A stretch of 63,983 bases of DNA, counting the filler, from Lenisia limosa (lineage: Eukaryota; Protista; Breviatea): the NCBI GenBank assembly GCA_001655205.1. It is 14 parts of 14 records of this genome, joined end to end, with 100 filler letters (N's around TTAATTAATTAA, not from the genome) between each part and the next. Parts side by side here need not be neighbours in the genome. Positions count along the whole stretch, not along the records: positions 1 to 3,406 come from LPNZ01010136.1; positions 3,507 to 4,542 come from LPNZ01001808.1; positions 4,643 to 17,293 come from LPNZ01001041.1; 11 more parts are not named here. The stretch is one strand, 5' to 3'. The position numbers and the translations under genes were made by a program. Positions 1 through 13,700 of the stretch are shown here, in pieces. Positions within the stretch are counted from its first letter, which is position 1, and each line of letters starts with the position of its first letter. The notes beneath the pieces were generated by a model. The model was not told where the DNA came from. It saw nothing but the letters and a program-made list of their open reading frames with translations, and ran no database searches.

Positions 1-241
1 TCTAATAATCTTTTATTATCATTAGATTGTATGCAACACTGCAGATGTCAAGGAGACGGTACTGAAAAAAGTACACTGCGACACTTCACAAGGCGCAATC
101 CTGTCACACCTCAGTTACGCTATGCGATTCCATTCTTCCTTCCTTTCTTTTTTGTAAATCTGTAGGGATTTCTCGTTGGGAGTCCGTGCTCGTAGTTTGT
201 GTTTTATTTTGTATTTGCTATATTGACTGTTTTTTTTTGTT

Positions 242-3200
242 TTATTTGGCAACACACTGGCTCTTGCTATTTTTGGAAAATACTTGGGTGTCAAAACCCC
301 TATTGGGGGGGGGGGGGNNNNNNNNNNNNNNNNNNNNNNNNNNNNNNNNNNNNNNNNNNNNNNNNNNNNNNNNNNNNNNNNNNNNNNNNNNNNNNNNNNN
401 NNNNNNNNNNNNNNNNNNNNNNNNNNNNNNNNNNNNNNNNNNNNNNNNNNNNNNNNNNNNNNNNNNNNNNNNNNNNNNNNNNNNNNNNNNNNNNNNNNNN
501 NNNNNNNNNNNNNNNNNNNNNNNNNNNNNNNNNNNNNNNNNNNNNNNNNNNNNNNNNNNNNNNNNNNNNNNNNNNCTTTTCGTGGGGAAGAGTGAGAACG
601 GTGCCATCTGTTTTGATGCGGTAGTGCTCGGACTCAAGAAGGACGTCCTGAGGTCGTGGTGATGATTATGAGGTCAACACTTATCACAATCTCTATACAG
701 TCCCATATAAATCCCAATGAAATCCTACGTCGGAAACCTTCTTGAATTCAACAACGTTGGGGATGGTTTGGATCTCAGGAATGCTCACTGGGGGAGAGGG
801 GAGGGGGGGGGATNNNNNNNNNNNNNNNNNNNNNNNNNNNNNNNNNNNNNNNNNNNNNNNNNNNNNNNNNNNNNNNNNNNNNNNNNNNNNNNNNNNNNNN
901 NNNNNNNNNNNNNTGCAGTGTACCATATCCTATCACTCCAGCGTAGTAATAATGGAAAGGTTCAAGTCTGTCAAGACTTATCCCATCACTGTATATAACA
1001 GAAAAACCCAATATTGATCATAAAAGAAACCGTGAACACCCCCGTACCCATACTATCGATGTTTAAATATCGATATTTATCGAGGATTTATCAGGAATTC
1101 GGTCTTTTAAGGGGGACTGTAAAGAAGCCCTAATTGTAACACCCTCAAACACTCTTCTCATAATCCGCCCACTAGAAACACTCTTCTCGTAAGCCTTGTC
1201 AACCTCGTCCATTGAAATGACGTAATCCATGCCTCCTGCTGACTCCTTCAAGAACTCTTCACGTAGCTTCTCAGCCGCTGCTACTTCGGCTATGGGGGGA
1301 GGGGGTGAAACGAAGGAAATTTCGATGAAGAATATCGGCGTAAAGGTACTAATCACAAAAATAGACAATAGTAGGGTTTATACGATAATACTCACCCCAC
1401 CCCCACTTATACAAATACAATGAGAAATAAAAAATAAGTTTGTATCTGGCNNNNNNNNNNNNNNNNNNNNNNNNNNNNNNNNNNNNNNNNNNNNNNNNNN
1501 NNNNNNNNNCGCCTTACAACTCTGTGCACACAGCTTTCTACTTATACCGACGGACCACACTCCGCCTACCAGGGATGACGGATGCCCCGCTCGCGACAAA
1601 GAGTTTGGCGTAGTACGAGTCCGGACCGCAGGGAATCATGGCGTCCTTCATCACAGTCATGCCTGGGGGGGTTGGTTGGAAATTTAATGAAACAAAAAAA
1701 GAGCCCAAAATCGAGCAACGAAACAAAATAAATATGATAACCCCCCCACCGTCCGCCTGCTTGACCTTGAAGATGGCCTTCTTCATGATGAGGGCGTTGG
1801 CGGCTCCTGTTGGTGAGTGTAGTGATATACAATCGGCAGTAGTGCGGGGACTATTAAGAATAACAAGGCTAACAAGGGAGAGGAAAACAAAACAAATCTC
1901 AAAGAAGTATGGGAATCATACTAATGAAACTGAACAATGAACAAAACAAATTCCAATATCAGACTAAATAAAGCAGTCGTCTCATCCCCATTATACACCC
2001 CCATGGATTTTTAGGTTATCATATAATATATATATCACGTATCATATCATATATCGGACGACCACCCATAAAACAGTGTTTGTTTACCCCCCTCCCCGCA
2101 CCATTGGCTTGGAACTGGAGATGCTCGGACAGTCCGCACTGCGACAGGGTTAGTTGTGGAAATGTTGAAATAATTGAAAATATATTCGGGTTACAAACTG
2201 GGGAAATTTATTAAATGACGGTGGAAGTTATCTTAAATTAACTACACCACACCACTAGGCAAATTGAAAAAATAACTATAAACACAAAGAAACAAAACAC
2301 CAATGGAAAAATGTCTTTAAACTATTTAATAACAAATACAATATATGACTCCCTTACGGCGTGATAGAGCAGGCATTTGCCTCTGTAGAGCTTTGTGATC
2401 ATTTCGGGGGAGGCGTCAAGGATGGTGAGCTAGAGGGGTTAGTGGGGGTAGAGAATAAGGGGGTTTGGTGAGCAGTGATACGAATAGAGATGGGTAGGGC
2501 TTTCCTACGGTTCCAAAAGATACTGAATTTCTCGATAAACCTTCTCGCGAGACCCGTAAGGGCGGTCGTCCAATAATATATATAGTATATGATATATGAA
2601 AGCAATGAGAAGTAATAAATAAAGTTGTATCTGGCCGANNNNNNNNNNNNNNNNNNNNNNNNNNNNNNNNNNNNNNNNNNNNNNNNNNNNNNNNNNNNNN
2701 NNNNNNNNNNNNNNNNNNNNNACATGATGACGGCCCACAACACACCATATCAATGGATGAAATCGGGCCAGTCACAAGATGTTCAACTGCGGTTTTGCCG
2801 TTACCGTCGAGAACGTCGAAGGTGGCTCCTGCGGGGTGTAAGAAGGAAGATTAACAGGTTAGTTGAGGGGGGGAGTAAAACCAAGGAACTTTCGAAGAAA
2901 GATATTGGCGTGAATCCTAACAAAAAAAAACAAAAACCTCTCTCTCAACCAGAAACACTCCTTTGGCCCCTCCGACCTGATTTGATAGCGGCGTTGATGA
3001 GCTTCACGCTTCCTAAAGGGGTTAAAGGGGTTAATTACACTTCCCAAAGGGGGGAAATAGGTAAATCACCAAAGCTGTCAAATGCAGTTATTGTAGTATG
3101 GTAAATTGTTTTGTATCCCTATGTATTTATTAGGTTCCCTAGATTTCTAATGTAGATTATTTCTCTTGTTCAAAAAAAGAAGAAATTGTGACAACGATTG

Positions 3201-4540
3201 GATGTGGGTCGTCCCTACGATCCGAAAAAGACCAGTACAATATCGATATTTATTTACCAATTTTGATCGAGAAATTCAGTCTTTTTGGGACAGTACCTAA
3301 TTATATTTGCACCGTCCTCCTGTTTTCCCAATAAAGAACGAACCGGATTTGCAGGCGTAATGCAGGGGGGTGCTGCCGGACGCGTCAGTGGACTTGAAGT
3401 CGATGANNNNNNNNNNNNNNNNNNNNNNNNNNNNNNNNNNNNNNNNNNNNTTAATTAATTAANNNNNNNNNNNNNNNNNNNNNNNNNNNNNNNNNNNNNN
3501 NNNNNNAACCGTCCTCTCCATGTACTGTGATGAGAAGTGCCATGGCCCAGAGGCCTGTGCTCATGTTCACACTCTGGTATATAAGTAAGGGCCACGTCGG
3601 CAACAGAACGTTTGGATTGACAACAAGCTTATTTAGTACAATGGTTGAATTTCTTAAACATTCCAAGCAAGATAACAAACCTTCGTGAGGGGCCTCAGGA
3701 ATTTCTCTGTCAAAACAGCCTTGAAAAGTGCTTGCTCTGTAGCCAATAATAAAAAAGAGCAACCGCTGATCATTGAGATATAACCCGCATCCTCACCATC
3801 ATAGGTTGACCTCAACCCCACAATTGATACCCCCTCCCCCAACCAGGCGCGCAGTGATAGAGTGAGAGAATGAGGTGGAGTGCTCTATTAACAGTTTCGG
3901 AATGTTGCAGGAGAGAGAACAACTAAGAGGCGTGACAATGGGGTCGGTATGTTCTCCATGTGAGAACTTATTCACCAAAAAAAAACCCCGTAAGTGTTCA
4001 GATAACACAATGTGATACAGCAGTATATATTATAATATGTAGAAATGAGAAACATTACGCTTCACTTCGGTTGGAAAGAAGATGGAATTTCTCAAAAAAT
4101 CCTCGAAAACTATCGATGTTTTACCGGACTTTTTCGAACTGAAGTGAAGCCCTAGTAAAGACTTACCGTATTGACAAACGCAACCACGGAACTGAGTTTG
4201 GCTCCCGTATCTATACAGGGTGAAAAGACGTGAATAGAAAGAGCTCCGCGTCACACAACAATATCGTGAATTTGGTATTCTTTGTTGCATTTTAAAATGA
4301 CAAACTACTATTATCCTATATCTCTTATAAGGGTGATGGTGTGGAAGACTTCAGTAGATAACACCCTGTTGTATTTCCCCTCTCCACAAATGATGCACTC
4401 AAAAGATTATCGCGATTGGGCTTTATTTATAATCAAGAACGTCTACTCCGCTTACCAGTGAGCTCCACGATGTGCGCAATGGAGTCCATCATATCGTTGA
4501 GAGCGGCAAAACGCAGGGGGGAGTGGACGGCTGAATCATT
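242..4540 (-). CDS. Multi-exon ankyrin-repeat protein (5' part and some exons lost in gaps)
   Basis: Hand-spliced minus-strand exons give SPLRFAALNDMMDSIAHIVELT, IDFKSTDASGSTPLHYACKS|GSVKLINAAIKS|GATFDVLDGNGKTAVEHL and GKCLLYHA|CGLSEHLQFQAN|GAANALIMKKAIFKVKQAD|GMTVMKDAMIPCGPDSYYAKLFVASGA. These are ankyrin-like G-x-T-P-L-H-x-A / LL..GA motifs with phase-consistent GT/AG junctions. C-terminal exons (…GFHWDLYGT|DVLLESEHYRIKTDG…) not recognised; end coordinate approximate. Confidence 0.75.
3451..3462. other. Artificial assembly spacer TTAATTAATTAA inside N runs
   Basis: Identical all-frame-stop 12-mer centred in N blocks at 3451, 4587, 17338, 20966, 24413, 28827, 34957, 36809, 39028, 46880, 57492, 60210 and 61760. 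Confidence 0.97.
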
Positions 4541-4789
4541 AGNNNNNNNNNNNNNNNNNNNNNNNNNNNNNNNNNNNNNNNNNNNNTTAATTAATTAANN
4601 NNNNNNNNNNNNNNNNNNNNNNNNNNNNNNNNNNNNNNNNNNAATATTATACATTATATCGTTATGCATACATGGTATATGATATAGTATAATACATATA
4701 GTATATGTGTATGTATACTATGTATCTTTAATCACATGTAGTATACATATACCGGTATACAGTATATGTATACACATAGACCACGATAA

Positions 4790-7700
4790 GTCCTGTCATG
4801 ATTGACTATATCTGTGCTTATTGTGGTCACTTTAGTCCCCCCAATAGAAGTTCCTCCCTGTTCAGTGACCGGGATGTCTTGACTAATTGTCCTTCTTAAA
4901 TTACATAGCTAATTGGTCAAGACTTATCCCGGTCACTGTCTATTACCCCAACATACTGTATATTCCATTTTAACACTGTCTACAGCGGCTTTATAATTTG
5001 CAGTAATACCGTTGATGAAAGTGATTAACTCGGGATCACTGCCACTTTCACTCAAAATCTCTAAGTACTTGTCCATGACTTCCTACAAACCATTAATAAG
5101 GTAGTTGAGATTAAATATAGAAGGCTTCCATAAAGTCCGAAAAAGACCAGTAAAATATTGATAGTTATCTAGGATTTATCAAGAAATTCTCTTTTGGGAC
5201 CAAAGGATAAGCTTACGTTAATGGTCAACTTCAATTCAATTCTATAAGTTGGGTCACCAACCACTGGTTATATACTATCCAAACTACTTTGACACTTAAC
5301 AAAACGGCATGATCACAGCATCCAAATTACATCATGTGATATTCTCGTGCTATGGGGGAGTAAAATTGGACAATTTATGAAACAAAAAAAGCCCAAATCA
5401 ACTTCTGTTGGCTGACAACACCCGAATCAAAAACGACTATTCCAACCCTAGTAAACAAGGGTTATAAATAAAGAGGTTTATTTCCCCCAAGAAGTAAACA
5501 CACTTGAGTAATATTTCAGCTAACCCACCATGCTCACATTAATATCCAAATCAAGTATGATCACAGTTTTGATTAAGTAATCCAATATCTCTTATAAGAG
5601 TGATGGTGGATGGAAGTGTCTAACTGCTAATTATATATCTAGATACCCACCATAAATGATACTCCATTTCCAACAATTTAATACCACAACGGCGCATCGA
5701 CCCTTTTTCCCATATAATTCATGGGATTCCCATGTAATAGTAATTCCAACTTGTTCACAAGAAACCTAAGTCAATACGCTGTAGTGATATTTATATTTTA
5801 TTGTCCAAAAATAATATTCTCACAGATAGTGTTTTACTGAAGTTCGAAAATTGACAATTTCTCGACAAATCCTAGATATAATTGGGTATTATTTGTCTTG
5901 AAGAACTGAAGCCCTAATCAAAACTAAATAACAGGGCCCTTTTGTTCTTTGGCGCTAACAGGTGTGGGTGCGGAGGCATGGTAATTTGTTATGGTATCCC
6001 TATGTAGTATATAATAGTTGTTTCCCTAGATTTCTAATGTAATTTCTCTTGTTCAAAAAAACGCTCAAAAATATGATATCTTTTCTCACCGGGTGTTCAC
6101 AAGTACGAGTAAATATGAGGGGTCTGAGAAGAGCTGCTGGATTCTCGCGATTGAAGAAATCCACAATGAACTGAACTATGAAAAAACGAAAAAGTATATA
6201 GAATTGTTTTGTAGTTTCGTATTGTATTCAAGTGGTGATAGTTAGGCTTCATTTCGTTTAGAAAAAAGACTGAATCTCTCGATACATCATCGAAAACTAT
6301 AGATAATTTCCCGAACGGAAGTAAAGCTTCAGTGACAATTGCATATCACGTGATAACTGTCATTTTTCCGCGCATTACTCATTCACAATTTTGTCAAAAA
6401 TGTATGTATGTGGAGGGAGACAAATGCAACAGTATATGATATAAAAGATAATATTGTGGGAGTGTACCTAAACTTAATAATGCATGTCGGATTATATCTT
6501 ATTTTAATAAAGAATGTGTAGGGAGGGCAAACCTTGAATTCGTCGAAAACCGCGTAAGTTGGTAGAACCACCAGTTCAAGATCTAGAAGGCCGTTTACGT
6601 AGAAATACTCCTCTGAATAGTTGAATATTTTGGTCCCCTGATTTGACAGAAATCTTGACTTATTTTACGTCCATTTATGAAAAGAATACAAAACAATCCT
6701 TTTTTAATGATCCCTTACCACAAATTGAGGAAGGAAGAATGGCTGGGATGGTTTGAGAAATATTTGTCGCCACAACATAGCTTTCAAGCTGTAAAGTCAA
6801 AAAAGGACACAATCACGATACAAATGACAAGATGACCAAATCACAAAATGAATTTTCCATCTGTTATGTCTGAAAATGACAGTCACAAAGTCTCAAAATG
6901 ACAAAATCTCAAATGACGACAACGTAGCTTTTCAACTGTACAATGAACAAATACACTGACACAATATGACAAAATGACAGAATGAAAATAAAGACAAGAT
7001 GACAGAATGAAAAAATGACAGAATGAAAAAAAAATAAGACCACATAATAACAAAATCACACATTACACAGAATGATGTGCAAGAGAAAATATGCGTTGTG
7101 TGTAAACGTTACATGAATAAGAGTATTGAGATCCCAAGATTGAAAAGGAACGTGTGCATATTTCACGAAATACCTCATAATAGCTTGCAAACCAAAAATA
7201 TGACAACATAAACCCGCTACGAAAGACAAAAAAATAGCTTGAGATCAAAAATGTAATATCATATTATCCCTCCCACGAATGATTGCAAGAGAATGTCTTC
7301 AACACCGATAAAGCAGTAAATGTTATTTTCATCCACAAATTGCTGGGAGCATATTAGTGCTGCGAGGAAGCATCAATAACAGGGCTGTGGAAGAATTTAA
7401 TTGTGAGGTTTCACGTCCGATTGTGTCAATCCCACAAAAAACTGAATTTCTTGATAAATCCTCTAAAACTATATATCATATAATATATATATATATATTA
7501 CTGGTCTTTTCGAGCCTATTTGAAGCCCTAATAAGTTGGTATAATATCTGAGAGTATCTAATAACTAGAGCTTCCCTAGGATCCGAAAAGACCGATTAAA
7601 TATCGATATTTATCGAGAATTTATCGAGAAATTCAGTCTTTTTTGGGATCGTAGGGAAGGCCTTCTAATAACAGTTCAGATTTCTTTAATTCTCAAAAAA

Positions 7701-10700
7701 TATCACTAAGTATTATTTTTCGAAAAATAAAAGTTCAAAAATGACAAAAGCTCTTCTAAATGCAACCTAGTAAAACAGGATTAAATAAAAACACAAAATA
7801 TATCAGATTACTGCGTTATTGAATACACAAAAAGACCAATTTTTTTAGCTATTGGACAATAGCTGCTAACATCACAAGTGACTTTGAAAATTCAGTGCCA
7901 TTCCGGGGAGACCATATTATCAAACCCACCTCAAGCATTAATGGCGTAACAAGCTCAGATATGATCGTGGAGCCACTTTCAACCTAATTACGTCAAGGTC
8001 TTTATACAATGCCCGGAATAAGTCTTTCTTGACCGATTTGCAATATCATACATATGATATACAGTGCCTGGAATAAGTCTTGACATAGATATGATTTCCC
8101 AAGAAAAATCGGTCGACTTGTCCTGGTCACTGTATGTATACAAAGTAGACTAGGATAAGAAGAGGAAAAGAGCCCATTTCGACGTACCGTAATTTATTGA
8201 GTCATGGCGATTAAATTGAAAGTATTAATACAATATTAATAAAATATTAGGTAATTCTTTAATACTTAAGTTTCAAGTATTAGAAAAAGGGTGAAGTATT
8301 TAAATCTGTGTTTTGCATAATATTTCTTAATAAAACAAATATTTAAAAATTCATTGGCCCATTCTTTAAAACTTCATAACATACCCTGGTTGCTGCCTCC
8401 CTAGTGGCCTTTTGAGAGTTTCGATGACGATTATTTCTCACGTGACTGTGGTCAATTCCATGAGGATTTGTTATTAGCTTCTGGAAAGGTAAACTCCTGG
8501 TGGATAATGGGGTGGGAGTTCGGCTTCATGTCAGTTAAAAACAGACAATTTTTCGATAAATCCACGAAAATTATCGGTACTGGCCTTTTTTGAACCGAAG
8601 TCCTAGTAGGGTGTACGTTTGGGGGGATTGTGGGCGGTAAAGGATAGCAGAAAGTAGAAAGTGAGGAGATGACATGGATTTACTTCACACTTACATTTGA
8701 TTTCATAGGTAATATTATGTTTCGTGAATACCGTTTATAATTGGATGCGAGTGAAAGATTGAAAGTCAAGGAGTAAAAAGTACTAAACTAGATATTTTAC
8801 CTGTAGTATCTGAAATACACTTCCCACAAACTTGAATGTTATACGAAGCCTGCCCAATGTACAGGCCAAATGGGCCGTCGTCCACCAGGAAGAAAATGTT
8901 GTTGCTGAAGACACCCTCCACTCCTCCGAGCTTGTTTTGCTGCAGAGGGAGTAAATAGGGACAATAGACGGGAATGGAGCAAAATTGGAAACTTTTTGGG
9001 GGTAAAGCCCAAATCAACTATGTTGCTGTCAAAACACTTTTGATAGGGAGTAAAATCGGAAACTTGTTGGGCCTGTCTAAAAATGGTGTGGCTCTTAAAA
9101 AAAATGCCTGCAAAAAAACCTTTCATTTTTTTATTTTGTTCAGAAAAATACCAATTTTACCACTTTTTAATATTTATCTACAGACGCTGCTGCCCCCTTT
9201 TTAGATGAGCCACTTTTTTGTGGGAAAGCCCAAGGTCCGATCTGATGGGGGTAAAAATGGACATTTTTGAAAACAACCCGGTTCGTATTTGGGAAACACT
9301 AAACATTGTTTTGCTTTAGGGTAGTAATTGAATATCATATCACTTTTTGGGTCATTTTAACACGTGTAAACTGTCAATTTCCACTCAATGATATGATACA
9401 TTATATCATTTGATATCATTTCGACACGGAAGTCGGTCAGACCCGATGTACATGTATATGGGTCAACATTAATAAGAAGGAAGCTATCTCTAGGTTTAGA
9501 CTCAAACAGATGCTCAAACAGCACCTCCATTTTGAGATCAAATGCCTCACTATGGCGCATCGACTTAGGATTCCATATGGGAATCCTATAAATTTCTTCA
9601 AATTTCTACATAATTCCATTGAATTCCCATGTAAAATATGGGAATTCCAACGTTTTCCCAAGAACCCCAAGTAGATGCGCCGTAGTGCTCTCGTTCCCAC
9701 CTCCAAGAACCCAAAAAAGGTGCCGACGTTGAATTCGGCCTCTTTTTGACCGAAACTGGAGGTAGCCATCTGAGGGCGTTAGAATTGTTAATTATCAAAT
9801 ATTTAGGAAATTGTAAAAAGTTGAATATTGAATTGTTATGTTTTTGGGAACAGTTAGAATCAAATTTTAGAGGACTTGTTAGGAACCCAAACAAGGTCTA
9901 AATAGCGAAGGAATTTCAAATTATCGTTAAAATAAAACATAATTTAATAATCGCCATAAAATTTTCAAAAAAAAATACATATGATTATCGAATTGCCTTT
10001 AAAAACAAAAACCAACTCAAATCTTCCCTCAAACATGAGCAAAAATATGGTGGTCGAAGTGATTGAACTCCTTGAGAAGAATTCCACAGTTTTGAACCGG
10101 AAGGGCGAAGATGGTTGTTTTGACCCCATCCTTGATCAGATTCTAAAAGTGTCAGGAAAATTGTTATTAGATTCTAAAAGTAATAATATTGTTGTTTTGG
10201 CGACCTCTTCTTCAATCACATTCTAAAACAAGTTCTTTTCAACACATCTTGAAATTTTAAAAGTGTTCTGTGACATGTCAAGGTAACTGATAAATAGAAT
10301 TATGAGGAAAAGATATGGCTTCGTTTCGGGTATAGAAAATGACTGAATTCAATATGAATTCATGAAAGCTATGGATATCAACAAATTTACCAGAACACAC
10401 CTACATTTATAGTAAAGTGCACACCCAAGTCTTCACTTGGGTTCGAAAAATACCGGTAAAATATCGATAATTGTCGACGATTTATCGAGAAATTCAGTCT
10501 TTACAAACCGAAGTGAAGGCTTAAGCACACCACCCCACATTAACAGAACCGAGGTCCACGAAAGGACCCTTGATTTCGATTTCCTCCGTAGGGGGGGCAT
10601 CAACGGCTGTTTGTTGGAGAATATTCACCTGACGAATTCCCTATTTGGTAAGTTCATGTCCCTACTTGGTAAATTCATGTCCTTATTTGGTAGCTTTTTG

Positions 10701-13700
10701 CAAACTCAAATTTAAAAGTTATACTTGGTAATCAGATGAATGAATTGCCTATTTGGTATGTTCATTTGTCATATGTGGTAAGTCATACAATTGTATAATA
10801 AATGCATGCTATCATATGTAGTGAGAGGTAAGTTTAACAAATTGACAGCAATGCATGCTGACAGTATAATTACTTGTTACTTACATGGTTACAGGTACAG
10901 GTGCAAGACCTTGACAACCGACCGCATGGCAGAGCAAATGGCCCAAATCTAGGACCTTTGTCACAGAAATATAAGATTTCATGCAATTAATTGGAAAAAT
11001 AATTTCATAATTGTTATTCAGATATCTGTAATGTTATGAATAATTTCCTCAAGTCCAACAAGAAATCATTGCGAGGTATAAGGGGAACTCAAGTCTAGAT
11101 AAATATTAGTACTCCAACAGTGTATATGGGTTCTAGTCCCACCTAGCATACACCTGTTAAAATATCATGTCATATAGTATGAAGTCTTGGATTCAGTAGG
11201 CCTCCGTGCAATTACGTGAGGCTCCACTTTGGTTCAAAAAAGAGCGAATTTCTCGATATATCCTCGAAAACTATCAATATTTTACCGAACCGAAGTGAAG
11301 CCTTTCCCCCCTCCACCTCATTGCGCCAAGAATAAAGAAGCCCTCGCGGTAAATAGCGGCTTTCATAGTTAAGGGAGTGATAGCCTCCTTTTCCGGAACT
11401 TTCATCATTGACCACATGATAAATCGACCTGTTGCATAGCCTTCCACACTATTGGGTCAAATGTCAAAACTATAAGGGTAAACAACAAATAGCCTTCCGC
11501 ACTAATACGGTTAATAAACGGCTGCAAGTGATATAATCAGAAAACTCATATAAGAAAATTATCTATTTGAAGAAATAAACAGCTTAATTATACGCAAAAA
11601 CGCCAACAGCATTGCCAAAAACAATTACAAAAACAAGACATCTGTACGTTTACATCGACACAAATATTCCGAAACACCCAACTGGCAAAAAATAATTGGA
11701 TAAAAAATACCCCAATCACATGAAACTGTCAAGTCGAACATCAACATCGACAACACCCTTCGTGGACTCAATGCCAGCTTCTAGTTCGTGCCAGAGGGAG
11801 GGGTAGCGCATGTACACGGGTATGGTTACTGTCTGGTTCTACAATTGTTGGTGGAGATTATGGACATTGTAATCACTTTTAATGACAAATAGCTGAATCA
11901 TACTATTATTATTGTTAATTCTTCCATTGCTTTTGTTTAGGCTTGTATGTATTATTATTACATGCATTATATTCAGAAGATTGATCCCCCACCTTTAACT
12001 GGTCAATAACTGGGAGAAACATATATGGGATGATGATTCTGTTGATTACTTCCGCCTCAAGCTCTTGGAAGCAGTCGAGATTAGTCCAAGTTGTGGCATA
12101 AAACAAGGGCAGCTGTTATGTTAGATGTGATGTGAATAATTTCGATTGATACTACAGATTATAGATATTATATAAAGAGAAAAATACAAGGTTGTATTTG
12201 GTGGCAGTTCACACCATCACACCAATAAGAGATATTGAATTATTGACTATTAATTCATCATTATATATCATATCGATATGATATAACAATATTTATGATT
12301 ATGATTAAAGTCGTGGTAGAGACAGATATCATTTTATAGGTATAAAATGATATCTGTCTCTACCACATTTTGGATCAGTAGGGAAGAAATAACCTTCTTA
12401 CCCCCTACCTTGTTCATTCTCTCGGCAAGTTGTTTGATGAATTTCGCCTCGAGTGAACACGTCGAAGCAACAAAAATGGCGTCTAAATCATCCGCTTGTG
12501 TCCTGGGTATATCAGAAGTAGGCCTTCCCTTAGGTCAAGAAAATAGACAAAATATCTTGACACGATAAATCCTCGATAAATATCGATATTTAGACGATCT
12601 TTGGAAAGTAGCGAATCCCTAATTTGAAGAAATATATTTTCTACTTGTCTTGCGGTGTAAATTGAATTAATTAGAAAATATATCAAGAAATGCAAATGAT
12701 ACTATTTTGATATAAAAAGAAATTTAGTATGAAATAATACATTAGTAGGGCTTCACTTCGGTCAAAAAAGACTAAATTTTTCGACAAATACACGAAAGCT
12801 ATCGATATTATACCTGTCTTTCCCGAACCAAAGTGAAAATATTGAAATTTGAAATTGTGTGATTGTGAGCAAGAAGTATCAATATCAATGCTAATTGGTC
12901 TAAGATGCTGTACGGAGCATTGACTTGGGATTCTAATGAAACAAGTTGGTGTTACCATTATTAACATGGTAATCCCGTGTAATTTGTGGATCTGAAAAAA
13001 ATTAAGATCACCAAATTATACAAGATGATGCTTAGTCGATGCTCAATATTACATTGTGTAATTGACCCTTTGCTCACAAAAGGTCTGTAACAAAGGGTGT
13101 TGTGTCTTTTAGGTTTCTTGGGTACTTGGCTAAAACGTAATGTTGATAAGTATTTGTCATATCATATTCAATTGAAGAGGCCACCCATAACCTCAAGGGA
13201 GCCCAAGTTACACTATTGAAATATATATAAATGATATAATAGCGTTATGATATGATATAGTATATCATATCGATATATTGTAGCGATATAACTTATTATA
13301 AATGAAATATCATATACACAGAATAAATTAGCCGAATCTGTCAAATCCCCCACTTTCAGCTTTGATAACACGCCCTTCTCTCTCGAGAATATCAATGAGC
13401 CCTACACGGACGTCTTCGCCTAAAAAGCGTAACTTGCTGGGAATGAATTGCTTAATTGTCTTTTATTAATTGTGAATCTATTGTTCTTGATATTATTGTG
13501 GATTAATATATTATATATGATATATTATATGTATATCGATATAATATATGATGATATGATATGATATATAGTATATATTACAATATTATCCCAATACAAT
13601 TGTAAATTTATCGATAATTATGCGGACTTATCGAGGATATGAATAACTCTAACACGCACATATTCACCAATAAAGCGTTAATGGAGATATTTGTCGGAGA

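Noticed and set aside
186-998. Plus-strand and X-rich ORFs in the supplied track (also around 15644-16164 and 36985-37410)
   Set aside because: They are open only because N runs are translated as X.
2345-2425. LTILDASPEMI resembling SAM-methyltransferase motif II
   Set aside because: Neighbouring exons continue as ankyrin repeats, and no glycine-rich motif I was found.
5200-8510. In-frame TAA/TGA in some candidate exons, suggesting a variant genetic code
   Set aside because: Alternative splice sites remove most of them; conserved genes (Brr2, DNase II, SmG, RPS21) use standard stops and TGG for Trp.
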